A DNA stretch of 64,000 nucleotides from Candidatus Yanofskybacteria bacterium RIFCSPHIGHO2_01_FULL_41_21 (GCA_001794025.1 MGJA01000008.1:358-64357), one strand, 5' to 3'; numbered from the stretch's first letter, positions 25,871-36,148 are shown. Notes: generated by a model from the letters alone, not told the origin. Made by a program: numbers and translations.

Positions 25871-26335
25871 ATGGCTTCTAAAACAAAAACAAAAAATAAA
25901 TCAGTAAAATCAAAAAAGAGACCAAAGGTTCGCCCTAAGGTTGAACGGTTTACTTTGAATCAGGATTTTGAATTTTTCTCCGAATTGAGAAGTTTAGTTT
26001 TGAAATCATCGGCGGGGGAGAAAGAAAGAATGATTCAAAAAGTTTCCAACCTTGGCCGGATTCGGTTAGCGGTTATTTCCGGAATTTTTTTGAGCGATCC
26101 GGATTCTATTAATCAATATGACGCACCGGCCGATTTGTTTATCGTCGGCGATGAAATAAACCGCGCCAAGCTCCGTAATTTTTTGGGTTCTCTTGAAGCC
26201 GAAATCGGCACAGAAATTAAGTTCACTTTAATGGATAAAGAAGAATTTGATTACCGCTTCAATATGTTTGACCGATTTGTAAGGGTGTTGTTAGAAGGAC
26301 CGCACGAAAAGATAGTTAATAAAATCGGTCTCTAA
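25871..26335 (+). CDS. Nucleotidyltransferase-like domain protein (C-part of a possibly split gene)
   Basis: LAVISGIF...ADLFIVGD...LEAEIGTEIKFTLM..EEF. Confidence 0.65.
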   Translation: MASKTKTKNKSVKSKKRPKVRPKVERFTLNQDFEFFSELRSLVLKSSAGEKERMIQKVSNLGRIRLAVISGIFLSDPDSINQYDAPADLFIVGDEINRAKLRNFLGSLEAEIGTEIKFTLMDKEEFDYRFNMFDRFVRVLLEGPHEKIVNKIGL

Positions 26336-26444
26336 TTTTGGCCGATTTCTGCGTTGCTGGCTCCGATGCTCGACGCCATACCATATTAGTATGGCTTACT
26401 CCGCTTCTCGCCAGCGCCTTGAACTCACCTCAAAATTAGAGGCC
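26327..26444 (+). repeat. Palindromic miniature element (inverted copy at 28027-28144)
   Basis: GCCGATTTCTGCGTTGCTGGCTCCGATGCTCGACGCCATAC...GCGCCTTGAACTCACC shared by both copies. Confidence 0.85.
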
Positions 26445-26467
26445 TATTATGTTAATATGATTCTATT

Positions 26468-26539
26468 GCGCCCTTAGCTCAGTGGTAGAGCACAGCATTC
26501 ACATTGCTGGGGTCGTAGGTTCAATCCCTACAGGGCGCA
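26468..26539 (+). tRNA. tRNA-Val(CAC)
   Basis: Cloverleaf, CAGCA-TT-CAC-AT-TGCTG. Confidence 0.95.
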
Positions 26540-26620
26540 CAAAACGTATTAAAAAGTTATGTACCCAGATAGTAGATTTTCGGATGCAGTACTGGGTTAT
26601 CAACATTGCATTCATTTTCA

Positions 26621-26668
26621 GAGTGGGATATTATACCTAATAGATGGTATTAAGTGGGTGAAAGTGGA
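26621..26668 (+). promoter_or_regulatory. MraZ-type direct-repeat boxes
   Basis: AGTGGG / AGTGGG / AGTGG repeats, the last two 10 bp apart, upstream of mraZ. Confidence 0.55.
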
Positions 26669-27100
26669 ATGTTAATAGGCGAATACAAACACAACTTGGA
26701 TGCGAAGAAACGACTCTCTATTCCTTCTAAATTTCGTAAGGAATTAGGGGAAGGGGCAGTTATTACTCGCGGATTAGACAATTGTCTGTTTGTATTCCCT
26801 TCAGCGCACTGGGCGAAGTTAGCCGAACGACTTGGCAATATGCCCATTGTTCAACAGGACTCACGTTCATTTGCCCGTTTATTGTTATCCGGCGCCGTAG
26901 AAGTGGAATTTGACGGTCTGGGACGCATTCTAGTGCCCGAGTATTTAAAAACATATGCAGGTTTAAAAAAAGTAGCCGTGGTTGCCGGTTTATATAGTCG
27001 CCTTGAGATATGGGATGACGAGAAATGGGAGAACTATAAGGCAAATTTAGAAAAAAATTCCGATAGTATTGCAGAAAAATTGAGAGAGTTAGGAATTTGA
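26669..27100 (+). CDS. mraZ: Transcriptional regulator MraZ
   Basis: MLIGEYKHNLDAKKRLSIPSKFR, GRILVP, RLEIWD. Confidence 0.96.
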   Translation: MLIGEYKHNLDAKKRLSIPSKFRKELGEGAVITRGLDNCLFVFPSAHWAKLAERLGNMPIVQQDSRSFARLLLSGAVEVEFDGLGRILVPEYLKTYAGLKKVAVVAGLYSRLEIWDDEKWENYKANLEKNSDSIAEKLRELGI

Positions 27101-27101
27101 T

Positions 27102-28013
27102 ATGCATACGCCAGTTCTTTTAAATGAAGTTCTTGAATATCTTTTATCGGCCCGCGCTACGCCGGAGGCTTCGGCGAGGCGAGGCGGACGATACATTGAT
27201 GCCACGATGAACGGTGGTGGGCACACTTTAGCGATAGCCGAACGGGTTCAACCCGATGGTGTTGTCTTGGGGATTGAATGGGATACAACTCTTTTTCAAG
27301 ATACTGAATCGCAACTGGCAAATCATGAATTAAGAAAAAACTTGATTCTAGTCAACGATTCGTATGTCAATTTAAAAAAGATTGCCAAAGACCATGATTT
27401 CCAGCCCGATGGTATCTTGTTTGATCTGGGATTGTCCTCATGGCATTACGAAATGAGTGGGCGGGGATTCACATTTAAAAAAGATGAGCCATTGGATATG
27501 AGGTTTAACCCTTCAGGTGGGGTACCTGTTAGCGAGATTGTAAATCTTTATGATGTCCCAGAGCTTGAACAGATTATCCGGGACTATGGTGAAGAGCAAT
27601 TTGCCAGAAGTATTTCGGAAAGCATTGGTCTTAATCGTAAGAAAAGACCAATTATGACGACCGAGGACTTAGTGGCCGTGATTAATGTGGCGGTCCCGGA
27701 CTGGTATAAGCATCGTAAGATTCATTTCGCGACTAAGACATTTCAGGCCCTACGGGTCGTGGCCAATGATGAGTTAGGGAATGTTGTTAAAGGAGTTAGA
27801 ACGGCCATTGATATTTTAAAGCCCGGTGGACGGATTGTAGTGATATCGTTCCAGGGTCATGAAGATAAGATTGTTCGGGAGATATTCAAAGAACAAGTGA
27901 AGGCCGGGCGAATTATTCAGCCCGTCAAAGGTACGATTCGACCGACGTGGCCGGAACAACAGCAGAACCCTAGATCAAGAAGTGCGAAGATGAAGGTTGC
28001 AGAGAAGGTTTAA
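27102..28013 (+). CDS. rsmH: 16S rRNA m4C1402 methyltransferase
   Basis: HTPVLLNE, DLGLSS, PLDMR, TFQALR, NPRSRSAK. Confidence 0.96.
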   Translation: MHTPVLLNEVLEYLLSARATPEASARRGGRYIDATMNGGGHTLAIAERVQPDGVVLGIEWDTTLFQDTESQLANHELRKNLILVNDSYVNLKKIAKDHDFQPDGILFDLGLSSWHYEMSGRGFTFKKDEPLDMRFNPSGGVPVSEIVNLYDVPELEQIIRDYGEEQFARSISESIGLNRKKRPIMTTEDLVAVINVAVPDWYKHRKIHFATKTFQALRVVANDELGNVVKGVRTAIDILKPGGRIVVISFQGHEDKIVREIFKEQVKAGRIIQPVKGTIRPTWPEQQQNPRSRSAKMKVAEKV

Positions 28014-28026
28014 CAATAAAAAATAA

Positions 28027-28144
28027 AAACTTCTGATTTTAGGTGAGTTCAAGGCGCTGGCAAGAAGCGGAGTAAGCCATACTAATATTGTATGGCGTCG
28101 AGCATCGGAGCCAGCAACACAGAAATCGGCTAAAATCAGAAGTT
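28027..28144 (-). repeat. Inverted copy of the 26327 element
   Basis: Reverse-complement match with different outer arms. Confidence 0.85.
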
Positions 28145-28182
28145 TGTTAATACATGGAGCAGGAATGCCTTCGTGATATACC

Positions 28183-28527
28183 GTGACTGCAGTTTCTTCA
28201 CCAAGTCATGTTCAACGCTATTTGTTTGATTGGTCAGTATTCTCAAATCCTGTCGTCGTTTTAAATATAGTTTTAATCTGCCTTGCGGTAGTTACTTTTT
28301 CATATTACATTGCCGGGGTTAATGCGGTTACATCAGGGAAGTATCGTGTTTCTACTGAACGGAATAAGATAATTCAACTCACCGAAACCCAGAGTATGCT
28401 TACTTTAGAGAAGTCAACCACCGAGGATCCGGTGGCCGCAATGGCTTTTGCCAAGGATAAGCATTTAGTTGAGGCCAAAGATATTGTTTATGTATTTGAA
28501 AACAATAATGTCGCCTTGCAGAGATAA
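28183..28527 (+). CDS. FtsL-like bitopic division protein
   Basis: Single TM plus coiled coil between rsmH and ftsI. Confidence 0.65.
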   Translation: MTAVSSPSHVQRYLFDWSVFSNPVVVLNIVLICLAVVTFSYYIAGVNAVTSGKYRVSTERNKIIQLTETQSMLTLEKSTTEDPVAAMAFAKDKHLVEAKDIVYVFENNNVALQR

Positions 28528-28652
28528 ATTCTAAGCACGAAATTCTAAATCCTAAACAAATTCCAAATATCAAATTTTAAACCCCGACAGTTTTTATTTA
28601 GAATTTAGGATTTAAAATTTGTTTAGAGTTTAGATATTAGGATTTAGAAATT

Positions 28653-30308
28653 ATGAGGAATGATACTCTTCGGATAAAAATTATCTTTGGATGTGTTATT
28701 ATCGTTGCTGGCATTATTGGCTGGCGACTTTTTGTTCTTTCCTACATTCGTCATACGCTCTACACTCAAACAGCTCAGGCCCAAAATCAGAACATAAGCA
28801 ATATTTTGATTAGAGGAAACATTTTTGTTCAAGATCCGAAAGTCACCGGCACAATGGATAATCAGTGGTATCTTGTGGCTACAAATAAAAAATTTCCTCT
28901 GGTCTATGTTATCCCCGCTAATTTAACCGATTCAGTGACAACAGCGAGTCAGCTCGCTGGAATTCTAAATCTTAACCAAGACGACCTAAAAATATTGCTT
29001 GGAAGCGGTTCAAAAGCGACAAAAATTATTGCTCGCAAAATTACAACTGAACAGGCCGATGCAATAAATAAACTTGATATAGAAGGTATTGGAATTAGGC
29101 ATGAAACAGATCGGTTTTATCCAGCCAATTCTTTTTTGTCAAAAGTTATAGGATTTCTGGGATTTGGCGAAAATGGCCGGCTCGGCCAATATGGAATTGA
29201 AAGTTATTTTAATGATGAACTAAGCGGTCAGGCAACTGATGAGAAAGCCCCACGTCCAGATGATGTTGTTCTTACTATTGATAGAAATGTCCAGATATTT
29301 GCCGAGACCGAACTTCATAATGTTTTGACGAAATGGCATGCTTCAGGTGGAACTATTATTATTCAAGACCCTCAAACCGGTAAAATTATTGCCATGGCGG
29401 ATGAACCGACGTTTGATCCTAATAACTACAGTTCGTCACCAACAAGTACGTATATTAATCGCAACATTCAGGAAATATTTGAGCCCGGTTCATCTTTTAA
29501 ACCAATTACGATGGCGATGGGTATTGATTTGGGAAAAGTCGTACCCAATACGACTTATACCGATCCCGGAATAATTGATATTGCTGGTCGCCAGATTCAT
29601 AATTTTGATAATTTGGCTCATGGTACGGTCACGATGACTCAAATTTTGGAAAAATCATTAAATACCGGCGCCGCTTTTGTGGAAAATCTGGTTGGTCAAG
29701 ATAATTTCTTGGATTACGTTATAAATTTCGGATTCGGACAAAAAACAGCCATGGATTTGCCGGGTGAAGTAAGTGGAGACGTCGCTAATTTATATAGTGG
29801 TCGGAAGGTTAATTTTGTGACGGCCTCATTCGGTCAGGGTATTGCCGTGACGCCGATTCAACTTATTACTGCCTATTCTGCTCTTGCCAATGGCGGAAAA
29901 TTGATGAGACCATATGTTGTTGAAAAGGTTATTCACGAAGGGGGAACGGAAGATGTTACCCAACCCGAAGTCGCCAGTATCCCAATTTCAGAAAAAACAT
30001 CAGCCAAAATCAGAACTATGCTTGTAAGCGTCGTTGACAAGGGCTTTGATAAAGCCCGCATAAAGGGCTATGATGTGGCCGGTAAGACAGGCACGGCTCA
30101 AATTGCCGATGGTCGTGGCGGATATCAGGAAGGCGTGTTTATTCACAATTTTGTTGGTTTCGCCCCGGCTTCAAATCCCAAGTTCGTAATCCTAATCAAA
30201 ATGGATAAACCCCAAGACATTACTTTCGCCGCTGACAGTTTGTCGCCAACTTTTCGTAATGTCGTCGCCTATTTATTAAATTATTACAATGTACCGCCTA
30301 CTAGATAG
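28653..30308 (+). CDS. ftsI: Class B penicillin-binding protein (FtsI-like)
   Basis: EPGSSFK (SxxK), SLN, KTGTAQ; dcw cluster context. Confidence 0.9.
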   Translation: MRNDTLRIKIIFGCVIIVAGIIGWRLFVLSYIRHTLYTQTAQAQNQNISNILIRGNIFVQDPKVTGTMDNQWYLVATNKKFPLVYVIPANLTDSVTTASQLAGILNLNQDDLKILLGSGSKATKIIARKITTEQADAINKLDIEGIGIRHETDRFYPANSFLSKVIGFLGFGENGRLGQYGIESYFNDELSGQATDEKAPRPDDVVLTIDRNVQIFAETELHNVLTKWHASGGTIIIQDPQTGKIIAMADEPTFDPNNYSSSPTSTYINRNIQEIFEPGSSFKPITMAMGIDLGKVVPNTTYTDPGIIDIAGRQIHNFDNLAHGTVTMTQILEKSLNTGAAFVENLVGQDNFLDYVINFGFGQKTAMDLPGEVSGDVANLYSGRKVNFVTASFGQGIAVTPIQLITAYSALANGGKLMRPYVVEKVIHEGGTEDVTQPEVASIPISEKTSAKIRTMLVSVVDKGFDKARIKGYDVAGKTGTAQIADGRGGYQEGVFIHNFVGFAPASNPKFVILIKMDKPQDITFAADSLSPTFRNVVAYLLNYYNVPPTR

Positions 30309-30326
30309 TAATTAGCGATTAGGACT

Positions 30327-30362
30327 CCCGCCCGACTGAATGACTTCAGTCATTCAGGCAGG
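30327..30362. repeat. REP-like palindrome (related copies at 49265-49300 and 58645-58706)
   Basis: CCYGCCCGACTGAATGACTT...TTCRGGCRGG. Confidence 0.75.
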
Positions 30363-30380
30363 TAGCCATTAGCAAAAAAC

Positions 30381-31673
30381 GTGTATATATTATCTAAAAT
30401 TATTGCTGGTACTTTGGCTAGAATATATTTGTGGCGTTTCCGCCCGATTATAATCGGCGTAACGGGTAATGCCGGGAAAACATCGACAAAAGAAATGGTT
30501 GGCGCGGTAGTGAGAAGAATTAAAAAAATTCGTGTTGCGAAAGGGAATTTGAATAACGAAGTTGGTCTCCCGTTTAATATTATAAATAATTCGGCCGATG
30601 AATATTATGAAAAAGGTGGGAGTTTTATATTTGGCGTCAAAACATTTTTTAAAGCAATTTTCGGACTTTTCAGTTCTGATTATCCGGAAGTGTTGATTCT
30701 TGAATATGGTGCGGATCAGCCCGGAGATATTAAGAAACTGGCCCGTAAATATAGGCCACATATTTCTGTGGTTACGACAGTAGGGGATGTACCTGTCCAT
30801 GTAGAATTTTTTAAGGAAGCAGATTCCGTTGCTAATGAAAAGTCCAATTTAGTGAAAGTTTTATCAACCAGTGATTTTGCTATCTTAAATCATGATGACC
30901 ATCGGGTATTGGAGATGAAATCAAAAACAAAGGCCAGAGTTATCACTTATGGTTTTAGTGAAGGGGCAGAAATTCGTCCATCAGATGTTGAATATATAAG
31001 CAATGAAGAGGGTCAACCGATTGGAGTAAATTTCAAATTAAACCAAGGCGGTCATTTTATTCCCATAATGATTGAAGGTTCTCTTGGTAAGTCCCAGGCG
31101 TGGTCAGCCGCCGCCGCTTCGGCAGTTGGTTTGGTCCTAGAAATGAATCTTGTTCAAATTTCTGAGGCCCTTCGGGGATATCATGGTCCCAAAGGTCGTC
31201 TAAAGATTCTGCAAGGCATTAAGAATTCAAATATTATTGATGACACCTATAATGCTTCACCGGCATCTACTCATTTAGCGCTAGAAACACTTCGCGATGT
31301 ACCTGCTCTCCGTAAAGTTGCTGTTTTGGGGGACATGCTTGAATTGGGCAAATATTCCGAAAAAGCTCATTTTGCTATTGGCACGTTCGCCGGTGAAATT
31401 GCAGATGTTCTCATATGTGTTGGTTCTCGGGCTAAAAACATCGCTTCGGCTTTTAGTAAAACCGTCGTCGGATCAAAAAAAGAGGTCTTTGTATTTGATA
31501 ATTCAAATGACGCCAAATCAAAAGTTCGGGAACTAATTTCCGAACACGATCTCATTTTGGTTAAAGGTTCTCAAGGAATGCGGATGGAGAAAATTGTGGA
31601 AGAAATTATGGCTCATCCCGAAAATAAAAAAGATCTCCTTGTTCGGCAATCTCGTCGTTGGCTTTCAAAATAG
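30381..31673 (+). CDS. murF: UDP-MurNAc-tripeptide:D-Ala-D-Ala ligase
   Basis: GVTGNAGKTSTKE, DDTYNASP, LGDMLELG, LVKGSQ. Confidence 0.93.
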   Translation: MYILSKIIAGTLARIYLWRFRPIIIGVTGNAGKTSTKEMVGAVVRRIKKIRVAKGNLNNEVGLPFNIINNSADEYYEKGGSFIFGVKTFFKAIFGLFSSDYPEVLILEYGADQPGDIKKLARKYRPHISVVTTVGDVPVHVEFFKEADSVANEKSNLVKVLSTSDFAILNHDDHRVLEMKSKTKARVITYGFSEGAEIRPSDVEYISNEEGQPIGVNFKLNQGGHFIPIMIEGSLGKSQAWSAAAASAVGLVLEMNLVQISEALRGYHGPKGRLKILQGIKNSNIIDDTYNASPASTHLALETLRDVPALRKVAVLGDMLELGKYSEKAHFAIGTFAGEIADVLICVGSRAKNIASAFSKTVVGSKKEVFVFDNSNDAKSKVRELISEHDLILVKGSQGMRMEKIVEEIMAHPENKKDLLVRQSRRWLSK

Positions 31674-31755
31674 TTTCAGTTATCTTCATAATATGAGAGG
31701 ATAGGGTTAATGAGTTCTTTTGGTTTTTTGACATGAACATGAAGAGGAGGGGACA

Positions 31756-32643
31756 ATGTCTCAGATAGAAACGACATCCGTAGAATCGGGAGACCTCACG
31801 CTAAATGAGCGTTTCAGAATTTTCGGGATATTAGGGTTAATATTGGCAAGTTTTGTCTTTTTTGCCCTTTGGCCACCGAGATGGTTGCAGTCAATTGAAA
31901 TGTGGGTCAATACTAGAGCAGTATGGTCAAATTTGCCTATTTGGTACTACATTCTCATCACTCTTGTCGATGTACATATTACAACGGCTTGTGTGTCACT
32001 GTTTCTCCATCGTTGTCAGACCCACGGGAGCATAACTTTCAATCGGTTTGTTGGTTATGCCATGGAGTTCTGGCTGTGGATTTTTACGGCGATGGCAACT
32101 ATCAGATGGGTTGCCGTTCATCGTAAGCATCACGCAAAGGTAGAGACCGACGAAGATCCTCATAGTCCGGTCATGTATGGTGTTTGGCGAGTGTTTTTCT
32201 ATGGGACCAAACTCTACCACCATGCGGCCTATGATGAATTTGTTCTGCGCAAATACGGAAAAGGAATAGCAAGGCGTTGGTTCTATCTCAAGTTTAGTTT
32301 GTTGGGACCAGTCATTGCTTTTGTCCTAAACCTCTGGCTCTTTGGAATCGTCGGATTTCCAATGTGGCTGGTGGAAATGGTCTGGATTCCCGGTTTTGCT
32401 GCCGGAGTCATCAATGGGCTTGGTCACTGGTGGGGGTATCGCAACTTTGATACCCCTGATAACTCCAGGAACTTGCCCTCAAAAATCCTGGCAATCCTTA
32501 CCTGTGGTGAGAGTTCGCACAACAATCACCACTACAACCAGAATTCGCCGAAGTTTTCAGTGAAAAAGGGCGAGATTGATTTAGGTTGGTACTACTCACG
32601 CGCATTAGAGTTCGTTGGCCTGGCCCACAACAGAAATACCTAG
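31756..32643 (+). CDS. Membrane fatty-acid (delta-9-type) desaturase
   Basis: His boxes HRCQTH, HRKHH, HNNHH; DEDPHSP; INGLGHWWG. Confidence 0.92.
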   Translation: MSQIETTSVESGDLTLNERFRIFGILGLILASFVFFALWPPRWLQSIEMWVNTRAVWSNLPIWYYILITLVDVHITTACVSLFLHRCQTHGSITFNRFVGYAMEFWLWIFTAMATIRWVAVHRKHHAKVETDEDPHSPVMYGVWRVFFYGTKLYHHAAYDEFVLRKYGKGIARRWFYLKFSLLGPVIAFVLNLWLFGIVGFPMWLVEMVWIPGFAAGVINGLGHWWGYRNFDTPDNSRNLPSKILAILTCGESSHNNHHYNQNSPKFSVKKGEIDLGWYYSRALEFVGLAHNRNT

Positions 32644-32765
32644 CCGCTTGGATAGAAGTTTCAGTCAGTGAAATTTTTCATCCCCGCCATGTAATCCTCT
32701 GGATTCATGGCGGGTTTTCAAATAATAAAAATGTGTTAAAATATAATATAAATAAAATAAATTTC

Positions 32766-32837
32766 GGCGCCATCGTCTATCGGTTAGGACACATGCTTCT
32801 CAAGCATGGAAGCGGAGTTCGATTCTCCGTGGCGCTA
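32766..32837 (+). tRNA. tRNA-Glu(CTC)
   Basis: Cloverleaf, CATGC-TT-CTC-AA-GCATG. Confidence 0.95.
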
Positions 32838-32921
32838 CTACTTGATAATATCCAACAGAAAGGGTATTATTTTTTTAAGATATGGCATGGTTGGCCATCT
32901 CTTTTTGTAGGGGGGTGTTCT

Positions 32922-33140
32922 TTGTGGTTGACTTTCGTTGGGTTATTTTTCGCCTCTCTGTGGTTGACTGGCATCTGGACCGGCTATACGTTTTACGGCA
33001 CAATTCACATTTTGCTCATTCCAACCGTACCAATTCTAGCAATGCAGATCCATAGCTTCTGGATGGGGAAAAACCCGCCGAAGGTTCAATTACCGTTAAC
33101 AAAAGACAGTGGGCACGGAACCTTTGGCCGTCTAACCTAA
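32922..33140 (+). CDS. Possible small two-TM membrane protein (TTG start)
   Basis: AGGGGG upstream; hydrophobic 72-aa 3' part of ORF 32586-33140. Confidence 0.4.
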   Translation: MWLTFVGLFFASLWLTGIWTGYTFYGTIHILLIPTVPILAMQIHSFWMGKNPPKVQLPLTKDSGHGTFGRLT

Positions 33141-33161
33141 GAGACAGAAAGGAGGGGAGAC

Positions 33162-33473
33162 ATGAGTGCAAAGCCCTTGAGTATTGTTGAACCTGACATC
33201 AAGTGGATGCAGGACCTTTCTAATGAAAACGTTGGAAAGGTAACAACGGGTAGTGACGAGAATTGTCCTTGTCCCAGGTGCGGACATTTGATTTGGGAAC
33301 CATTCAGAGATGTCATGATTAGGAAAAACGACCAGACATCTTTCACGAGGCGGTGTGGGCACTGTCGGGGGATGGTCCAATTCGTGGCTTTTCATGAAAT
33401 TGTTGATGAAATTGGGGAGAGGGTGTTCCTTTACGCTGCTCCTTACAAGGCAATACGTCGACACAAGAAATAG
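33162..33473 (+). CDS. Hypothetical Zn-ribbon protein
   Basis: AGGAGG ribosome-binding site; CPRC...CGHC. Confidence 0.65.
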   Translation: MSAKPLSIVEPDIKWMQDLSNENVGKVTTGSDENCPCPRCGHLIWEPFRDVMIRKNDQTSFTRRCGHCRGMVQFVAFHEIVDEIGERVFLYAAPYKAIRRHKK

Positions 33474-33519
33474 ACAGATTAGAGCAGGGGAAGGGCGCGC
33501 CATCGGTGCGCCCTCTTTA

Positions 33520-33577
33520 CCCCGCACATAACAAGGGCCATTTCTGATGGCATCGCCAGCCCTTGTTATGTGCGGGG
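33520..33577. repeat. CCCGCACATAA-ended palindrome (related element at 45261-45383)
   Basis: CCCCGCACATAACAAGGGC / GCCCTTGTTATGTGCGGGG. Confidence 0.75.
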
Positions 33578-33647
33578 CTTTACTATTTATCTAAAATACG
33601 CTAATATACCGTTATCTAATTAACGCAGGTCGTTTCAATTCAATTCA

Positions 33648-33959
33648 ATGTTTGCCGTAATAAAAACTGGTGGTAAACAATACAAAGTCGCAGAAGGCGA
33701 CGTTTTAATGATTGAAAAATTAAACGTTAATGGGGAGACCGTTACTTTCAATGAAGTTTTACTTATTACTGATGGGGATAAAGTTACTCTTGGTAAACCG
33801 ATGATTGAAGGCGCTACTGTTGGAGCCAAAGTTCTTATTGCCGAAGGCAAGGACAAGAAAAAGATGGTTTTCAAATATAAATCAAAGACCCGTCAAAGAA
33901 AGAAAAAGGGTCACCGTCAGCCATTTACCAAAGTGCAGATTTCTAAAATATCGCTCTAG
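33648..33959 (+). CDS. rplU: 50S ribosomal protein bL21
   Basis: MFAVIKTGGKQYKV, KGHRQPFT. Confidence 0.97.
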   Translation: MFAVIKTGGKQYKVAEGDVLMIEKLNVNGETVTFNEVLLITDGDKVTLGKPMIEGATVGAKVLIAEGKDKKKMVFKYKSKTRQRKKKGHRQPFTKVQISKISL

Positions 33960-33971
33960 TGGGGCGATATT

Positions 33972-34571
33972 TTACTTCCTAAACTCTAAGGCATGTTTAA
34001 GGGTGCTTTCATCGGCGTACTCTAAATGAGAACCGGAAGCCAATCCACGGCCGAGACGGGTGATTAAGACATTGGGCTTGTCGGTAAACTGGCTTTTTAG
34101 ATATAAGGCGGTTGTCTCACCGGGAGTATTGGGGTTCATGGCGAGGATTAACTCTACTTCTTTGACTGATTCAGTTAAGACATTAATTCTTGATTCAAGG
34201 TGTTTGATTCTAAGGTTGTCAGGTAAGACGTTGTCTAGGGGATTAATCGCTCCACCAAGGACATGATAAAGGCCTTTGTAGAGCCCTGTCTTTTCAATTG
34301 AATCCAGGTCGGTAACTTTTTCAACTACGAGCATTTTTGTCCTATCGCGGGATGGGTTAGAACAGACCGAGCAAACAGCACTGTCGCTTATATTAAAACA
34401 CTGGTTACAGAAAGATATATCTTGTTTTAGATGACTAATCGCATATCCCAATTCTTCTATTTCCGAATCGGGTTTATCCAATAAAGCCAAAACAAACCGC
34501 ACCGCCTGTCGCGGACCGACCCCCGGCAATCTTTGGAATAATTTAGCTATTTGTTTAAATCGTTCATCCAT
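33972..34571 (-). CDS. recR: Recombination protein RecR
   Basis: LPGVGPRQA, C4 Zn finger, YHVLGG, ITRLGRG; true start MDERF follows the repeat. Confidence 0.95.
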   Translation of the reverse strand: MDERFKQIAKLFQRLPGVGPRQAVRFVLALLDKPDSEIEELGYAISHLKQDISFCNQCFNISDSAVCSVCSNPSRDRTKMLVVEKVTDLDSIEKTGLYKGLYHVLGGAINPLDNVLPDNLRIKHLESRINVLTESVKEVELILAMNPNTPGETTALYLKSQFTDKPNVLITRLGRGLASGSHLEYADESTLKHALEFRK

Positions 34572-34681
34572 CCCGTTAGAAGTGCTACAAACCGTCCACC
34601 ATATCAAGGTGGTGGCAAGCTGTAGTTACATTATTAATGATTAACATTATTTATATCCGTTAGGATTCACTTCTAACGGGA
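34571..34681. repeat. TCCCGTTAGAA-ended element filling the dnaB-recR gap
   Basis: Terminal inverted repeats abut the dnaB stop and the recR ATG. Confidence 0.85.
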
Positions 34682-36076
34682 CTAGAATTCTATTTCTTCT
34701 ATATTTTGACCGCCGGTTAGATATTCGTCGGTATAACCGCCTTGGTTATCAAGGTGGAAACGTAAACTGGATGGGTCAATACGAAATTTAATTTCCCCTG
34801 TTGGACCATTGCGGTGTTTGGCGATAATCAGTTCGGCAAGATTTTGTTTGCTGGGGTCAACTTGGTCTTTGCTTTTCATTTTATCTTCACGATGAATAAA
34901 CATTACCAAGTCGGCATCTTGTTCGATAGAACCGGAATCGCGTAAATCAGAAAGTTTTGGTCGATGGCCGTCTCGCTGTTCAATGGCACGAGAAAGTTGG
35001 GATAAGGCGATAATAGGGACATTTAATTCTTTGGCTAAGCCCTTCAGTCCGCGTGAAATTTCGGTAACCATTTGAACGGGACTGTCATAATTTCGTCTTC
35101 CGCTCATAAGTTGGAGGTAATCAACAATAATAAGTCCGAGGCCATGTTCGGCTTGAAGTCGACGAGCCATGGCTCGCATTTGCAAAATATTCGGAGAAGG
35201 GGAATCGTCAATATATAAAGGAAAATTCTTTAATTCGTCACAGGCCATGGTGACCCGAAGAAGCTCGTCTTGTTCTTGTGAAAGTTTGCCCGTGCGCATT
35301 TCCCACAAACTTACACCGGAAGCTAGGGCGATAAAGCGGTCAACAACTTGGTCAATGGACATTTCCATACTAAAGACACCGACAGGGATTTTTTGTTTGG
35401 CGATATTATAGGCCAGGTTGATGGCGAGAGCGGTTTTACCGACTGATGGTCGCGCAGCGAGAACAATCAAATCGGATTTTTGGAAACCGCCAAGCATATT
35501 GTCCAAGTCCAGATAACCGGTCTTGTGACCCCGCAAACTGCCGTCGTGTTGAGTAGTGATGCGTTCAATGGCTCCGTCAAGAGTACTGCCGACATCAAGG
35601 AAGTTTTTTGTGAGTGATTTTGATGAGACCGCGAAAAGCTTCTTTTCGGCTTCATCCAATAAATCTTCAACTTCTTCTTCCTCACGATAGCCCAAACCAA
35701 TCATATGGTGGGCGGCGTCAATAAGGTCACGAAGCATTTTTTTACGTTGAACAATCTTGGCGTAGGTGGCGATATGGGCTGAGGTCGGTACAGAATTTAC
35801 TAATGAAGTGAGATAGGCCAGTCCGCCGATATTTTCCAGCGCATTCATCTCGCTTAATTTATTAGACAAACTCAAAAGGTCAATGGGTTCATGATGTTCA
35901 AACAAAGTAAACGCCGCTTGGGCGATCAATTGATGCCCATGCTGATAAAAATCTTCAGGGCGTATAATATCGGCAATCTTGTTAATTGCCTCTCTATCTA
36001 GGATCAGCGCACCAAGGATTGATTTTTCGGCATCTATGCTCTGGGGGGGTAATTTGTCGGGTGGAATAGATGACAT
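34682..36076 (-). CDS. dnaB: Replicative DNA helicase
   Basis: AARPSVGKT, IVDYLQL, LSQLSR, DLRDSGSIEQDAD; no intein. Confidence 0.97.
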   Translation of the reverse strand: MSSIPPDKLPPQSIDAEKSILGALILDREAINKIADIIRPEDFYQHGHQLIAQAAFTLFEHHEPIDLLSLSNKLSEMNALENIGGLAYLTSLVNSVPTSAHIATYAKIVQRKKMLRDLIDAAHHMIGLGYREEEEVEDLLDEAEKKLFAVSSKSLTKNFLDVGSTLDGAIERITTQHDGSLRGHKTGYLDLDNMLGGFQKSDLIVLAARPSVGKTALAINLAYNIAKQKIPVGVFSMEMSIDQVVDRFIALASGVSLWEMRTGKLSQEQDELLRVTMACDELKNFPLYIDDSPSPNILQMRAMARRLQAEHGLGLIIVDYLQLMSGRRNYDSPVQMVTEISRGLKGLAKELNVPIIALSQLSRAIEQRDGHRPKLSDLRDSGSIEQDADLVMFIHREDKMKSKDQVDPSKQNLAELIIAKHRNGPTGEIKFRIDPSSLRFHLDNQGGYTDEYLTGGQNIEEIEF

Positions 36077-36148
36077 AGTGATATCTCATTATTACAAGAT
36101 AAAAAAACAACGCAAGTTAAAAATAAACCGACTGGGGACAAAACTGTT

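Noticed and set aside
32586-32921. 5' part of the 184-aa ORF
   Set aside because: It runs through a terminator and tRNA-Glu.
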